DNA of 32,000 bases from Tannockella kyphosi (GCF_021054785.1 NZ_CP088239.1:750001-782000), one strand, 5' to 3'. Counted from the stretch's first letter, positions 16,440-26,657 are shown. Numbers and translations: made by a program. Notes: generated by a model not told the origin, from the letters alone.

Positions 16440-16712
16440 ATGAACAAAAAAGAATTAGTAGAAAGTTTATCTGAAAAACGTAATATCACGAAAAAAGAAG
16501 CTGAAGTATTCGTAGATACTATTTTCGATACAATCACAGATCAATTAGTAGCCGATGAAAAAGTATTGATCTCTGGTTTTGGAACTTTTAAAGTAAACCA
16601 TAGAAATGAAAGAAAAGGTGTATCTCCTAAAACACAAGAAGTGATGACGATACCAGCAAGCAGTACAGTAAACTTTAAACCAAGTAATCGTTTAAAAGAC
16701 GCAATGAATTAA
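16440..16712 (+). CDS. hup: DNA-binding protein HU
   Basis: MNKKELVESLSEK...ISGFGTFKVNHRNERKGVSPKTQEVMTIPASSTVNFKPSNRLKDAMN is the canonical HU/IHF fold sequence. Confidence 0.9.
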   Translation: MNKKELVESLSEKRNITKKEAEVFVDTIFDTITDQLVADEKVLISGFGTFKVNHRNERKGVSPKTQEVMTIPASSTVNFKPSNRLKDAMN

Positions 16713-16727
16713 TGCGTCTTTTTTTAA
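16694..16727 (+). terminator. Rho-independent terminator of hup
   Basis: AAAAGACGCA-loop-TGCGTCTTTT stem overlapping the stop codon, followed by a T-run. Confidence 0.6.
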
Positions 16728-16773
16728 TTATACACATGATATTCCCATAATTTCGTGTATAATAGATAGAGAG

Positions 16774-17493
16774 GTGATAAAGGTGTATAGTTATTATTAT
16801 ATGTACAACAATCCTTATTATTTAATCGGAATGGGATTAGTAATGATAGGTGTTGTATTAATGTTAATTGCGCAAGCAAAAGTAAAATCAAGTTACAGTA
16901 AATATTCAAAAGTAGCAAATAGTAGAGGAAGTACTGGTTATCAAATAGCAAGAGATATGTTAGATAACAACGGATTACGTGATGTTAGTATTAATATGGT
17001 AAAAGGAACAATGACAGATTTTTATAATCCGAAAGATAGATCAGTAAATCTTTCAACCAAAGTGTATAATGATGCTACAATTGCTTCTTTAGCAATTGCT
17101 GCCCATGAATGTGGTCATGCGATTCAACATAACGAAGGATATCAACCATTAGTCTTTAGAAATACTATTTTACCAGTATGTAATATTGGTCAAACAGTAG
17201 GGTGGATTGCAGTAATAATTGGTCTTTTGTTTAGTAATTTATCGATAGCATGGTTTGGTGTTCTAGCAATGTCTGGAATTTTATTGTTCCAAGTAGTTAC
17301 TCTACCAGTAGAATTTGATGCATCAGCTAGAGCATTAGAAATTCTAAAAACTAGATATTTAACAACGGATGAATATGGTGGAGCTAAAAAAGTTTTATCT
17401 GCTGCAGCATTAACATACGTCGCAGCAATGCTTGCAACATTAATGAGTTTATTGCGTATTGCTTTATTAGTTGTAGGATCAAATAGAGATTAA
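16774..17493 (+). CDS. YugP-like membrane zinc metallopeptidase
   Basis: HExxH motif (AAHECGHAIQH), an N-terminal TM helix and C-terminal TM helices; the layout is that of the Zn_peptidase_2 family. The exact start is uncertain (GTG at 16774 or 16783, or ATG at 16801). Confidence 0.7.
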   Translation: MIKVYSYYYMYNNPYYLIGMGLVMIGVVLMLIAQAKVKSSYSKYSKVANSRGSTGYQIARDMLDNNGLRDVSINMVKGTMTDFYNPKDRSVNLSTKVYNDATIASLAIAAHECGHAIQHNEGYQPLVFRNTILPVCNIGQTVGWIAVIIGLLFSNLSIAWFGVLAMSGILLFQVVTLPVEFDASARALEILKTRYLTTDEYGGAKKVLSAAALTYVAAMLATLMSLLRIALLVVGSNRD

Positions 17494-17553
17494 AGTGATT
17501 TAATGCTTTTTTCTCTTTTTTTTTTATAGTATAATGTTGTATGGAGGTGGAGT

Positions 17554-18033
17554 ATGGTAGTTTTGAGAAAACATCGTTTTAAGATTCTTTTTTCTTTTGT
17601 TTTAGTACTAGTTTTAGGCGCTTTTGCTTTTTTATATTGTGTCCACATTCCATATGTTGAAAATCAAAGCAATTTAATTACTATTCGTAATCAAATCTTA
17701 GAAGATAATCAATTAGTTTATGATGACTATTTTTATCAGTATAGTGATGAAAATATTTACTATATTATTCGTGTCCTTCAAAGTGATACAAGCACTTATT
17801 TAGTATATGATCAATACTTAAACGAATTGGATTCGTTTAGGTATGATGTAAAAGAAGAAAGCTTTATTCAAGAAGTATTCTTTTCACGTTATAGTGTTGA
17901 ATGTGGATCAATTGAAGTTGCATATGAAAATGAACGTTTTGTATATTTTGTAAAATATACAGGAGAGGAAGGGTTGATCTATGCGTATTATGATTTGTAC
18001 AGTGGACAATTCATAAAAGGTATTCAATTATAG
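17554..18033 (+). CDS. Membrane-anchored protein, possibly TseB/YpmB-like (PepSY-type)
   Basis: A single N-terminal TM helix, ~160 aa, located upstream of dnaD-nth like ypmB in B. subtilis. The assignment rests on size and synteny only. Confidence 0.35.
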   Translation: MVVLRKHRFKILFSFVLVLVLGAFAFLYCVHIPYVENQSNLITIRNQILEDNQLVYDDYFYQYSDENIYYIIRVLQSDTSTYLVYDQYLNELDSFRYDVKEESFIQEVFFSRYSVECGSIEVAYENERFVYFVKYTGEEGLIYAYYDLYSGQFIKGIQL

Positions 18034-18040
18034 GTGAGTT

Positions 18041-18625
18041 ATGATTAAATATATAAGTGATATTAAATGTATTGACTATTCAAAGTTATTAATGATGCGA
18101 GCAAAACAATTAGATATTCAAAGTGATGAATGTCTTGTGTTATTGTATTTGTTAGAGTTGAATGATAGTGGGATAAGAAGTATTACACCAGTTGTATTAG
18201 CAAAGTATGTAACTTATACAACAAAACAATTAGATGCTATTTTAAGAAGTTTAATGGTGAAAAAGTTAATAGTTAATAAGGGTGGAACAATTGAATTATT
18301 AAATCTAAATCAATTATTATTATCACAAGAAAAAGAAGTAGAAGAAGTAAAAGAAGATTTAATTAGTATTTTTGAATCTGAATTTGGAAGATCATTATCT
18401 CCTTTTGAATTAACATCAATAAGAGAATGGTTAATGGAAGAAAAGTTTGAAGAAGAAACAGTCTTATTGGCACTAAAAGAAGCAGTGAAGAGTAATGCTG
18501 TATCGTTACGATATATTGAAGCAATCTTACAAAATTGGAAGAAAAATGGTATCTCTAGAAGGTTTGTAGATCAACCTGAAAAAAGTATGGCACCAGTTAG
18601 TAATTATGATTGGATTAATAAATGA
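18041..18625 (+). CDS. dnaD: DnaD-domain replication initiation/membrane attachment protein
   Basis: The C-terminal DnaB_2/DnaD repeat FESEFGRSLSPFELTSIREWL...LRYIEAILQNWKKNGI, and its position before nth as in Bacillus. Confidence 0.7.
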   Translation: MIKYISDIKCIDYSKLLMMRAKQLDIQSDECLVLLYLLELNDSGIRSITPVVLAKYVTYTTKQLDAILRSLMVKKLIVNKGGTIELLNLNQLLLSQEKEVEEVKEDLISIFESEFGRSLSPFELTSIREWLMEEKFEEETVLLALKEAVKSNAVSLRYIEAILQNWKKNGISRRFVDQPEKSMAPVSNYDWINK

Positions 18626-19254
18626 GAAAAGTAGATGTTGAAGTAATTATTGATTATTTTGAAGAACTTTTTCCTGATGCTGATTGTGAATTAAATCATC
18701 GTAATAATTTAGAATTATTAATTGCTGTCATGTTATCTGCACAAACTACAGATCAAAGTGTTAATAAGTTAACAAATACTTTATTTGAGAAGTATCATAG
18801 TGCAAAAGATTATGCAAATGCTCCCATAGAACAATTAGAACAAGATATTAAATCAATTGGTTTGTATCGTAATAAAGCAAAGAACTTAAAATTAATGGCA
18901 ATCAAATTGTTGGAAGAATTTAATGGGGATGTTCCTAGTGATCATGAGGCTTTAACTAGTTTGCCTGGTGTTGGTCGTAAAACAGCGAATGTGGTTCAAT
19001 CAGTAGGATTTGATATTCCTGCTTTTGCAGTAGATACTCATGTTGAACGTATCTCAAAACGTTTAAAATTCGCTAAAAACACCGATTCTGTTTTAATGGT
19101 AGAAAAGAAAGTAACAAAAGCGATTCCTAGAGATAAATGGAATAAAGCTCATCATCAATTTATATTTTTTGGAAGATACTTTTGTAAAGCACAAAATCCT
19201 AATTGTAAAGAATGTAAAATAAGTGATTTGTGTCGTAAAAAAAATAGAATTTAA
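18622..19254 (+). CDS. nth: Endonuclease III
   Basis: HhH-GPD motif LPGVGRKTANVV and the C-terminal 4Fe-4S cluster CKAQNPNCKECKISDLC. Confidence 0.9.
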   Translation: MRKVDVEVIIDYFEELFPDADCELNHRNNLELLIAVMLSAQTTDQSVNKLTNTLFEKYHSAKDYANAPIEQLEQDIKSIGLYRNKAKNLKLMAIKLLEEFNGDVPSDHEALTSLPGVGRKTANVVQSVGFDIPAFAVDTHVERISKRLKFAKNTDSVLMVEKKVTKAIPRDKWNKAHHQFIFFGRYFCKAQNPNCKECKISDLCRKKNRI

Positions 19255-19282
19255 AACATACTAGTTACCTTGTATGTATGAT

Positions 19283-19313
19283 AAAAAACCCTCTATTCAT
19301 ATAGAGGGTTTTT
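19283..19313. terminator. Bidirectional rho-independent terminator between the convergent nth and ponA
   Basis: A6-CCCTCTAT-TCAT-ATAGAGGG-T5. Confidence 0.7.
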
Positions 19314-19318
19314 AAGGA

Positions 19319-22039
19319 TTAGTGAGTTGTATCTTGAGATGAGTCGTCACTAACTTCGTTTATTGTTACAGTAAAGTATTTTGTTGGAGCCCAAACAGTT
19401 CCACAACTTTCGTTTATTTCAATAGTATAAGTTCCAGCTGTATAGAATGTATGGCTATAGTCTGTATGAGTAGAAGATTCAATTAAAGTATTTGAGCTAT
19501 CAAATAAATCATAAGTGATGACACTATCATCTCTTTGAGTTACAACACTAAATGAAATTGAGTTACCAACTTCAATAGAGCTATCACTCGATAAGGCTGT
19601 TCCACCACTCGATACCGTCAAAAAAATGTCTTCTAAACTAAATAGTCCCTCCCCAACAGTAACTGTTATTGTATTTGAAGTTATGGAAGAAGAGTTTGCA
19701 TAACTGTAATATCCAGTTACTAATACTTCTGATGTAGGAGTATAATTAATAGTTCCCGTAGCTTGATTTAATGATTCTGTATATAAAGTTTCTAGTGTTT
19801 CACTATCTTGAACTGTAACAGTATAAACTACTAAACCAAAAGAAGAAGTATAAGAATTATAACTTTCATCCGTTGTCGCTTCAATTGGATCATAAGCACT
19901 AAATGTAACATCAATACCACTAGTACCAATACTAGCTTCAAATGTTTCTAATGTACCACAAGTTAAAGAATCATATGTAGTAGAAGGATAAGTCCCAGAC
20001 TTAAACCAACCAGAATAAACATCACTGCTAGGTGTATCATCTGTTGCAGCAACATAAGGATATAAACCTTTTACAATGCTACCGTATGTTAATCCAGGAT
20101 TACTTGGATAAGAATTTTCAACACCATCACTTGTTAATTCTTTCCACATTGCATTAGCAAACTGTCTTGCTAAGGTAGTATACCCATTCATAGATTGTGG
20201 ATTATCCGAAAGAGTAGTGTAGTCATAACCACACCAAACAGCCATTGCATAATCTGGGTTATAAGTAGCAACCCAACTATCTTTGGCACTACCTTCAGAA
20301 ATTCCATAATTATTAGAACCCCAGTTTGAAGTACCAGTTTTTGCACATATTTGGCCAAAATTAAAGTATGTTCCATAACTTCCAGTACTAGAATAGTCTG
20401 ACATCGTTTCTTTTATCATAAATGCAGTTTCATCAGAAATTGCTTCTGTTGCATTTGCTTGAACTTCTTCATCAATCATGATATCTTCATCACTATTAAC
20501 AATATCAATATAATTAATAGTATGTGATTCATAAGCAGTACCACCATTAGAAACAGTAGCATACATACTTGTTAACTCGATTGGACTTAATCCATTATTC
20601 CATCCACCAATAGCATAAGCGATATTAACTTCTTCACCAGTCATATCAATTTGGAATCCTTCTAAATAATCATAATATCCACTAGAACCAATTTGACTAA
20701 CCACCGAATCAAAAGTCCAAACAGCACATGTATTCCATGAACTATATAAAGCATCAGAAATAGTCATTTGACCATGCGTGCCACCCGATGTACCATCCCA
20801 GTTGCTAGGATTATAATTGTTCTTATCATATTCCAAATCCTCTACCGTATGAGCAGTAGACCAATCCAGGAATTCATAGGCCGCGCCATAATCAATAATT
20901 GGTTTCAATGAAGAACCAGGTTGCTGTTTTGTATCCGCACGATTATAATCAAAAACAGTATAATCACGTCCACCAATAACCGCAATAATTCTTCCATTAT
21001 CGACATCTTCTATTGATGCAGCTATTTGCATATCATCATTAGGGAAACTCAAATCATTTTCTACAATATCATAAGCATATTGTTGTGTTTCCACATCTAA
21101 ATACGTATAAATATTCATTTGTGTTTCTAATGGATCTAAACCAGTAGAATCACGAACTTCTTGATCCACTAAATCAATATAAGCAGCTAAGGCATTGTCA
21201 GAAGAATTGGAACCAGTATTATCTAACATGTTTTCCACACTTACCGCTTTTGCAAGCTCACATTCATCTTCCGTAATATATCCATGATATAACATTAAAT
21301 CTAAAATAATATCACGACGTTGAGTAGCTAACTCTAAATTATAATAAGGATCATAAGAACTTGGTGAATTTAATGTACCAGCAAGCAATGCAGCTTCTGG
21401 CAATGTTAATTCACTAACATCCTTATTAAAATAATAATTACTAGCCGCTGCAATACCAATAGATGATAACGAACGTCCATAATAAATACTATTTAAATAT
21501 AAAGATAAAGTTTCTTCTTTACTAATTTCTTCCGTTGCTTGAATTGCTAAGAACATTTCACTAATCTTTAATGTAATCGTTCTTGATTCACCATCATAAT
21601 AAGACTTCTTAATTAACTGTTGCGTAATAGTAGAAGCACCTCCACCACTTTCAAAGTTAGTTGCAATATTCGTAATTGCAGCAACTAATAAACGAGGTAA
21701 ATCAAATCCATTATGCTCAAAGAATCTTGAATCCTCTGCAGAAACAACCGCATCAATTAATACTTGAGGTAATTCATCATAAGTGACATTCACACGATCC
21801 CCATTGACATCATCACCATATGTATAAACTACTTCACCATCCTCATCATAAATCTTTGAGGCTTCTGCCGAATATAATTTTTCTACATCAAAAGCTTCTG
21901 TTTCTTGAATAACATTATAAGCAAAGTATCCAACAACACCACCGACAGCAATACACCCGACGATAAAAAGAAAAATGAAAATTCTAAGCCATTTCACTTT
22001 CTTTAAAAAAGATAAAAATTTCTTCCATATTTTTCCCAT
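19319..22039 (-). CDS. ponA: Class A penicillin-binding protein (PBP1A-type) with a long Ser/Thr-rich C-terminal extension
   Basis: Glycosyltransferase motif EDSRFFEHNGFD and transpeptidase motifs SSLKP (SxxK), SWN and KTGTS. The start is taken at the ATG at 22039 (GGAGG 6 nt upstream), rather than 22072. Confidence 0.9.
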   Translation of the reverse strand: MGKIWKKFLSFLKKVKWLRIFIFLFIVGCIAVGGVVGYFAYNVIQETEAFDVEKLYSAEASKIYDEDGEVVYTYGDDVNGDRVNVTYDELPQVLIDAVVSAEDSRFFEHNGFDLPRLLVAAITNIATNFESGGGASTITQQLIKKSYYDGESRTITLKISEMFLAIQATEEISKEETLSLYLNSIYYGRSLSSIGIAAASNYYFNKDVSELTLPEAALLAGTLNSPSSYDPYYNLELATQRRDIILDLMLYHGYITEDECELAKAVSVENMLDNTGSNSSDNALAAYIDLVDQEVRDSTGLDPLETQMNIYTYLDVETQQYAYDIVENDLSFPNDDMQIAASIEDVDNGRIIAVIGGRDYTVFDYNRADTKQQPGSSLKPIIDYGAAYEFLDWSTAHTVEDLEYDKNNYNPSNWDGTSGGTHGQMTISDALYSSWNTCAVWTFDSVVSQIGSSGYYDYLEGFQIDMTGEEVNIAYAIGGWNNGLSPIELTSMYATVSNGGTAYESHTINYIDIVNSDEDIMIDEEVQANATEAISDETAFMIKETMSDYSSTGSYGTYFNFGQICAKTGTSNWGSNNYGISEGSAKDSWVATYNPDYAMAVWCGYDYTTLSDNPQSMNGYTTLARQFANAMWKELTSDGVENSYPSNPGLTYGSIVKGLYPYVAATDDTPSSDVYSGWFKSGTYPSTTYDSLTCGTLETFEASIGTSGIDVTFSAYDPIEATTDESYNSYTSSFGLVVYTVTVQDSETLETLYTESLNQATGTINYTPTSEVLVTGYYSYANSSSITSNTITVTVGEGLFSLEDIFLTVSSGGTALSSDSSIEVGNSISFSVVTQRDDSVITYDLFDSSNTLIESSTHTDYSHTFYTAGTYTIEINESCGTVWAPTKYFTVTINEVSDDSSQDTTH

Positions 22040-22049
22040 AGTTTTCCTC

Positions 22050-22607
22050 CTAAAAGTAAATATTGTCAACAACCTTTAAATAATCCAGACGAGGATTATA
22101 TCCTTGACTAATTAAATGACCACAAGATTGGACAGTTTGATATGTAATATGTTTTTGTTCTTTAAAATACGCATCAATAATAAACGATGCATCAACTAAG
22201 TATACCTCATTTAGTGTAGTAAAAGCAATAATTACGAAAGCAATACCACCATGTTTTACAATATGAGATAAATGATTGATTTGATGAATTGATATATTTG
22301 AAAATGGAAAACTCATTTTCCTTGTTTCTTTTGCCTCAAAATCAATATATTTAGCTCGATAAATACCATTATAATCCGTTGTAGAAGGAGTTCGATAATA
22401 AGCTTCCACTATTTTTGCACTACTTCTAACAGGATAATCTACTTTTACTATTGAAACAGGTGTTGGCTTTTTATAGATAACTGCCTTATCAATTGATAGA
22501 TAATAACTATTCGTTAAGTTCAACTCTTCTTCTAAAGCCATCCCACGATGACTACTAGATTGTTTTGATGAAGCTATATTCTTTTTTGCATTTGGATAAT
22601 TTACCAT
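22050..22607 (-). CDS. recU: Holliday junction resolvase RecU
   Basis: VNYPNAK...HRGMALEEELNLTNSYYL...DFEAKET... is collinear with B. subtilis RecU. The start is taken at the ATG at 22607 (AAGGAG RBS). recU-ponA synteny is conserved. Confidence 0.9.
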   Translation of the reverse strand: MVNYPNAKKNIASSKQSSSHRGMALEEELNLTNSYYLSIDKAVIYKKPTPVSIVKVDYPVRSSAKIVEAYYRTPSTTDYNGIYRAKYIDFEAKETRKMSFPFSNISIHQINHLSHIVKHGGIAFVIIAFTTLNEVYLVDASFIIDAYFKEQKHITYQTVQSCGHLISQGYNPRLDYLKVVDNIYF

Positions 22608-22725
22608 TTCATCACTCCTTTGAAGCATTATAACATAATTTTATAAAAAGGAAAATTTAGCAATGAAATAATCCTTGCAATTTATGACATTTTTTGTAAA
22701 ATTATAGAGAAGGGGGATTTTAAAA

Positions 22726-23061
22726 ATGGAAAAAAATATTCAATTAAGTCCTAAAAAAATTGTCTCAAAAGAGTTTAAAATTGATTTTAAAGGTTATAAT
22801 GCAATGGAAGTAGATTTCTTTTTAGATACAGTTGTCAAAGATTATGAACTTTTTGCTGCAATGTTAAATGAATCATATGATAAAATAGATTCTTTAGAAG
22901 AACAACTTATTGCAAATAAAGCAGTAATTGCTGACTTACAAAAAGAAAAGCTTGTCCAAGAAGATAATATTCAAGCATTAGAAGAAAATATTTCTTCTAA
23001 CGTAGATATCTTAAAAAGATTATCTGCTTTAGAAAAAGCAGTATATAATCAAAATAGATAA
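22726..23061 (+). CDS. gpsB: Cell-cycle protein GpsB (DivIVA domain)
   Basis: KEFKIDFKGYNAMEVDFFLDTVVKDYE and the C-terminal DILKRLSALEKAVY match GpsB. It lies next to rnpB as in B. subtilis. Confidence 0.8.
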   Translation: MEKNIQLSPKKIVSKEFKIDFKGYNAMEVDFFLDTVVKDYELFAAMLNESYDKIDSLEEQLIANKAVIADLQKEKLVQEDNIQALEENISSNVDILKRLSALEKAVYNQNR

Positions 23062-23101
23062 AAAATCATTGTAATATTTTTATTATATAGTAAAATAAGT
23101 A

Positions 23102-23435
23102 ATGCTTATGAGAGTTGATTGCTACATTAGTAGAGGAAAGTCCGCGCATCCACAGACTGAAATGTTTGTAGTGTTTGTACTCAATCCAATAAATTGAGGC
23201 AGGTAACTGACGACAGGCCTAAGACCTAAGCGATAAAGTAAGGTTGTTAAGTCAAAAAGTGCCACAGAAACTATATCTATTTGAAAAAATAGGCTGAAAA
23301 GAGGTAAACTCTGCAAGGATGAAACCCAAATTTGGTAGGGGAATTAGGTAAAAGGAATAACAATGGATACCTAAATGCATTGCATAGATAAATAATCGAC
23401 TGAAAAACAGAACGCGGCTTATCAGAATAAGCATC
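23102..23435 (+). ncRNA. rnpB: RNase P RNA (bacterial type B), compact at ~335 nt
   Basis: The conserved P4 strands GAGGAAAGTCCG (23133-23144) and ACAGAACGCGGCTTA (about 23408-23422) are present, together with AAGTGCCACAGAAA and ACCCAAATTTGGTAGGGGAA elements. P1 pairs TGCTTAT (23103-23109) with ATAAGCA (23427-23433). Confidence 0.85.
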
Positions 23436-23439
23436 TATT

Positions 23440-23463
23440 AAAAGCTATTTTATAGCTTTTTTT
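23440..23463 (+). terminator. Rho-independent terminator after rnpB
   Basis: AGCTAT-TTT-ATAGCT stem flanked by an A-run and a T-run. Confidence 0.6.
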
Positions 23464-23535
23464 ATTATGTGAATAAAGAAATGAATAAAATTGTCTATTT
23501 ATACAAAAACTAGAATAAATACAACCTTCTTTAGG

Positions 23536-23563
23536 TTGTGAAAATAAAAAAACATGTTATAAT
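23536..23563 (+). promoter_or_regulatory. Sigma-A promoter of the rodZ-like/pgsA/cinA/recA cluster
   Basis: TTGTGA, a 16-nt spacer, then TGtTATAAT (extended -10). Confidence 0.45.
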
Positions 23564-23599
23564 TATTTTGAAAATTTATAAATTGTAGGAGGTAGAAGT

Positions 23600-24538
23600 A
23601 TGATCACACTTAGTGATAAATTAAAAAAAGCAAGAGAAGACAAAAAAATGACGGTTGAGGAGTTATCGTTATTAACACGTATTTCTGCTACCCAAATAAG
23701 ATCAATTGAATCAGGTAAGTCTGATTTATTTATAGGAGATGAACAATACTTAAAGATGTATTTAAAACGTATTGCCATTGCATTAGAATTAGACGAAGAT
23801 CATTTCTTTGATGAGTTTTATGCTTGGACACAAGGAGTTTCTTTAGAACAAATTGAAGAAGCTATTGCTAGTCAAGAGACAAAGAATGCACCTAAAGAAA
23901 AGAAACTAAGCGAACATGTTAATGAATCAATTCGTCATGCTAAGCAAAAACAAGCATATTCGAGAAATAAAACACATGTATATGAAGATAAATATATTAC
24001 AAGATTTTTAAAATATGCAGTGATTGGATGTTTAATTATTGCTTTATTTTTCTTGTTATGGAAAGTAGTTTCTTTAACAAATCAATTAGAAGCAGATTAT
24101 GTTGAACCAAATATTGGAAGTGTTGAAAACAATGATGAAGTAGAAGATATTATTCCTGAAGAAGAAACTGAAGTGGAAGAAGAGGATGATTTAGTATCAA
24201 GTAGTGTCACTATTAGTAGTGATGATGGAACTATATTCAATGTTGGTGGTATTTTAGAAGGAGAAATCTTCACATTAGAAATAACATTCCAAGAAGAAAC
24301 AGCATTTAGTTTATGGAATGGTGGGATGATTGACGGTTCTTATAAAGCAAATTATCAAATTGATGAGAAATATACATACGAAACTACTTGTGAACCAAAT
24401 ACTACTTATGTATTAAATTTCTGGTCTTTAGAAAATACAATTGTAAAAGTAAATGGAAATATTGTTGAATATGATGCAAATGATGTGGAAGTCCGTGATG
24501 GAGTATACTATTTAAGAATAGTATTAACAGGAGAATAA
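23600..24538 (+). CDS. RodZ-like HTH membrane protein
   Basis: An N-terminal XRE-type HTH (LKKAREDKKMTVEELSLLTRISATQIRSIESG), a central TM helix and an acidic linker. Its position before pgsA matches ymfM/rodZ in Bacillus. Confidence 0.6.
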   Translation: MITLSDKLKKAREDKKMTVEELSLLTRISATQIRSIESGKSDLFIGDEQYLKMYLKRIAIALELDEDHFFDEFYAWTQGVSLEQIEEAIASQETKNAPKEKKLSEHVNESIRHAKQKQAYSRNKTHVYEDKYITRFLKYAVIGCLIIALFFLLWKVVSLTNQLEADYVEPNIGSVENNDEVEDIIPEEETEVEEEDDLVSSSVTISSDDGTIFNVGGILEGEIFTLEITFQEETAFSLWNGGMIDGSYKANYQIDEKYTYETTCEPNTTYVLNFWSLENTIVKVNGNIVEYDANDVEVRDGVYYLRIVLTGE

Positions 24539-24539
24539 G

Positions 24540-25133
24540 ATGAATACTCCTAATAAATTAACGTTACTAAGAATTGCATTTGTACCATTTATAATTCTTA
24601 TTTATTTATTTCCTTATAGTAGTTTTGGAATCATTGTTCCAAATGTTGTAGTAGGAACAGTTTCTTTGAATATGATTAAATTAATTGTTTTTGTGTTATT
24701 TGTAATGGCTTCTTTTACTGATTTTTTAGATGGACATATTGCTAGAAAATATCATTTAATTACTACTTTTGGAAAGTTTGCTGATCCAATTGCAGATAAA
24801 TTATTAGTTAATACTATTTTGTTATTACTAGCAAGTGATCAAACGATACCAATTATTATTTGTATTATTATGATTGCTAGAGATATTGTGGTTGATGCTA
24901 TTCGTTTAGTTGCTAGTGGACAAAATCGTGTTTTGGCTGCAAGTAATTTAGGAAAACTGAAAACAGTGTGTCAAATGATTGCAATAGGATTGTTGTTATT
25001 AGACAATTTCCCATTTGTATTTTTAAATATTGAGATGGATTTAATTATGATATGGGTTGCTACTTTTGTTTCATTTTATAGTGGCTTTGATTATTTTATG
25101 AAAAATAAAGATATTTTAATGGAGACAATGTAA
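24540..25133 (+). CDS. pgsA: CDP-diacylglycerol--glycerol-3-phosphate 3-phosphatidyltransferase
   Basis: CDP-alcohol phosphatidyltransferase motif DFLDGHIARKYHLITTFGKFADPIADKL; multi-TM protein. Confidence 0.9.
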   Translation: MNTPNKLTLLRIAFVPFIILIYLFPYSSFGIIVPNVVVGTVSLNMIKLIVFVLFVMASFTDFLDGHIARKYHLITTFGKFADPIADKLLVNTILLLLASDQTIPIIICIIMIARDIVVDAIRLVASGQNRVLAASNLGKLKTVCQMIAIGLLLLDNFPFVFLNIEMDLIMIWVATFVSFYSGFDYFMKNKDILMETM

Positions 25134-25603
25134 TGGAAGCACTTGTCTCTTTATTGAATCAACATCATTTGAGTATTAGTAGTGTAGAAAGCTTTACAGT
25201 TGGTAAGTTTGCTAGTACATTAGGTGCAATACCTGGTGTTTCTAAGGTATACAAAGGGAGTTTTATCACTTATCAAAATCAATGTAAAGAAGAAATTTTA
25301 AAAATAGATGCTAGTGATATTATTCAATATGGTGTGGTTAGTAAAGAAATAGCACAGTTCATGGTTGAAAATGGGAATGAATTATTAAAGACTGATATTT
25401 GTGTTTCTTTTACTGGAAATGCTGGTCCTGAAGCAATGGAAAATAAACCAGTTGGTCGAGTGTATATTGGGATTATGTTTTTAGGTAAAGTAGAAGTATA
25501 TGAGCTTACTTTACAAGGAAGTCGTGAAAATATTCAAAATAGAGCAATTCAGTTTGTAATTGATACATTAAGTGATAAAATAAAAGAAATTGATAAAAAA
25601 TAA
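25133..25603 (+). CDS. CinA C-terminal-domain protein (PncC-type nicotinamide-nucleotide amidohydrolase); lacks the N-terminal MoCF domain
   Basis: ESFTVGKFASTLGAIPGVSKVYKGSFITY...FTGNAGP...PVGRVYIG, located immediately upstream of recA. Confidence 0.8.
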   Translation: MEALVSLLNQHHLSISSVESFTVGKFASTLGAIPGVSKVYKGSFITYQNQCKEEILKIDASDIIQYGVVSKEIAQFMVENGNELLKTDICVSFTGNAGPEAMENKPVGRVYIGIMFLGKVEVYELTLQGSRENIQNRAIQFVIDTLSDKIKEIDKK

Positions 25604-25631
25604 ACGTATAAATATATAGGAGGGGAAATAT

Positions 25632-26657
25632 ATGGCAGAAGCAAAAGATAAAACACAAGAGAAAAAACAACAAGCATTAGATGATGCAATTAAACAAATT
25701 GAAAAACAGTATGGGAAAGGATCAGTAATGCGCTTAGGTGATCGTAGTGCAGTGAATGTAGATGTTATTCCATCGGGATCTTTAACACTTGATATTGCAT
25801 TAGGAGTTGGTGGTTACCCTAAAGGGCGTATTGTTGAAATTTATGGTCCTGAATCAAGCGGGAAAACAACATTAACATTACATGCTATCGCAGAAGTTCA
25901 AAAACAAGGTGGACGTGCTGCTTTTATTGATGCAGAGCATGCTATTGATCCAGAATATGCTAGAAATTTAGGCGTGAATATTGATGAATTAATTTTGTCA
26001 CAACCTGATTCTGGTGAACAAGGTTTAGAAATAGCCGAAACATTAGTGCGTTCTGGTGCTATTGATTTAGTTGTTATTGATTCCGTTGCTGCGCTTGTAC
26101 CACAAGTTGAGTTGGATGGTGAAATGGGTGACTCACAAATGGGTCTGCAAGCTCGTTTAATGTCCAAAGCATTACGTAAGTTATCAGGAGTAATGAATAA
26201 AACAACATGTACTATTATCTTTATTAATCAATTAAGAGAAAAGATAGGAGTTATGTTTGGGAATCCAGAAACAACAACAGGTGGACGTGCATTAAAATTC
26301 TATTCTACGATTCGTATTGAAATAAGACGTAGTGAAGCAATTAAAATAGGAACTGAAATTACAGGAAATAAAACAAATATTAAGGTTGTTAAAAATAAAG
26401 TAGCACCACCATTTAAATCAACACAAGTTGATATTATTTATGGGAAAGGTATTTCACGTACTGGAGAGGTTATTGATTTAGCGGTTGATAAAGATATCGT
26501 TGATAAAGCAGGGGCATGGTATGCGTATAAGGGAGAAAAAATTGGTCAGGGTAGAGAAAATGCAAAAGCATTCCTTGAACAACACCCAGTAATTATGGAA
26601 GAAATTACAGATGCAATCAAAGCAACTTTTGAAATTGTTGAAGAAATCCAAGAATAG
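25632..26657 (+). CDS. recA: Recombinase RecA
   Basis: [23 protein letters not shown]...[13 protein letters not shown]...[11 protein letters not shown]-type motifs run throughout the sequence. Confidence 0.97.
   Translation: MAEAKDKTQEKKQQALDDAIKQIEKQYGKGSVMRLGDRSAVNVDVIPSGSLTLDIALGVGGYPKGRIVEIYGPESSGKTTLTLHAIAEVQKQGGRAAFIDAEHAIDPEYARNLGVNIDELILSQPDSGEQGLEIAETLVRSGAIDLVVIDSVAALVPQVELDGEMGDSQMGLQARLMSKALRKLSGVMNKTTCTIIFINQLREKIGVMFGNPETTTGGRALKFYSTIRIEIRRSEAIKIGTEITGNKTNIKVVKNKVAPPFKSTQVDIIYGKGISRTGEVIDLAVDKDIVDKAGAWYAYKGEKIGQGRENAKAFLEQHPVIMEEITDAIKATFEIVEEIQE

Noticed and set aside
16724-16951. Minus-strand 75-aa ORF
   Set aside because: It is antisense to the start of the YugP-like peptidase gene and to the hup terminator, with a leucine/tyrosine-rich artefactual translation.
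23122-23434. Minus-strand ORFs 23122-23316 and 23252-23434
   Set aside because: They lie entirely within rnpB (RNase P RNA). Conserved RNA motifs explain the sequence.
23464-25631. LexA (Cheo) box GAAC-N4-GTTC upstream of recA or of the rodZ-like/pgsA/cinA cluster
   Set aside because: None was found by eye. AAACATGTTATA at about 23549 overlaps the -10 region and does not fit the consensus.
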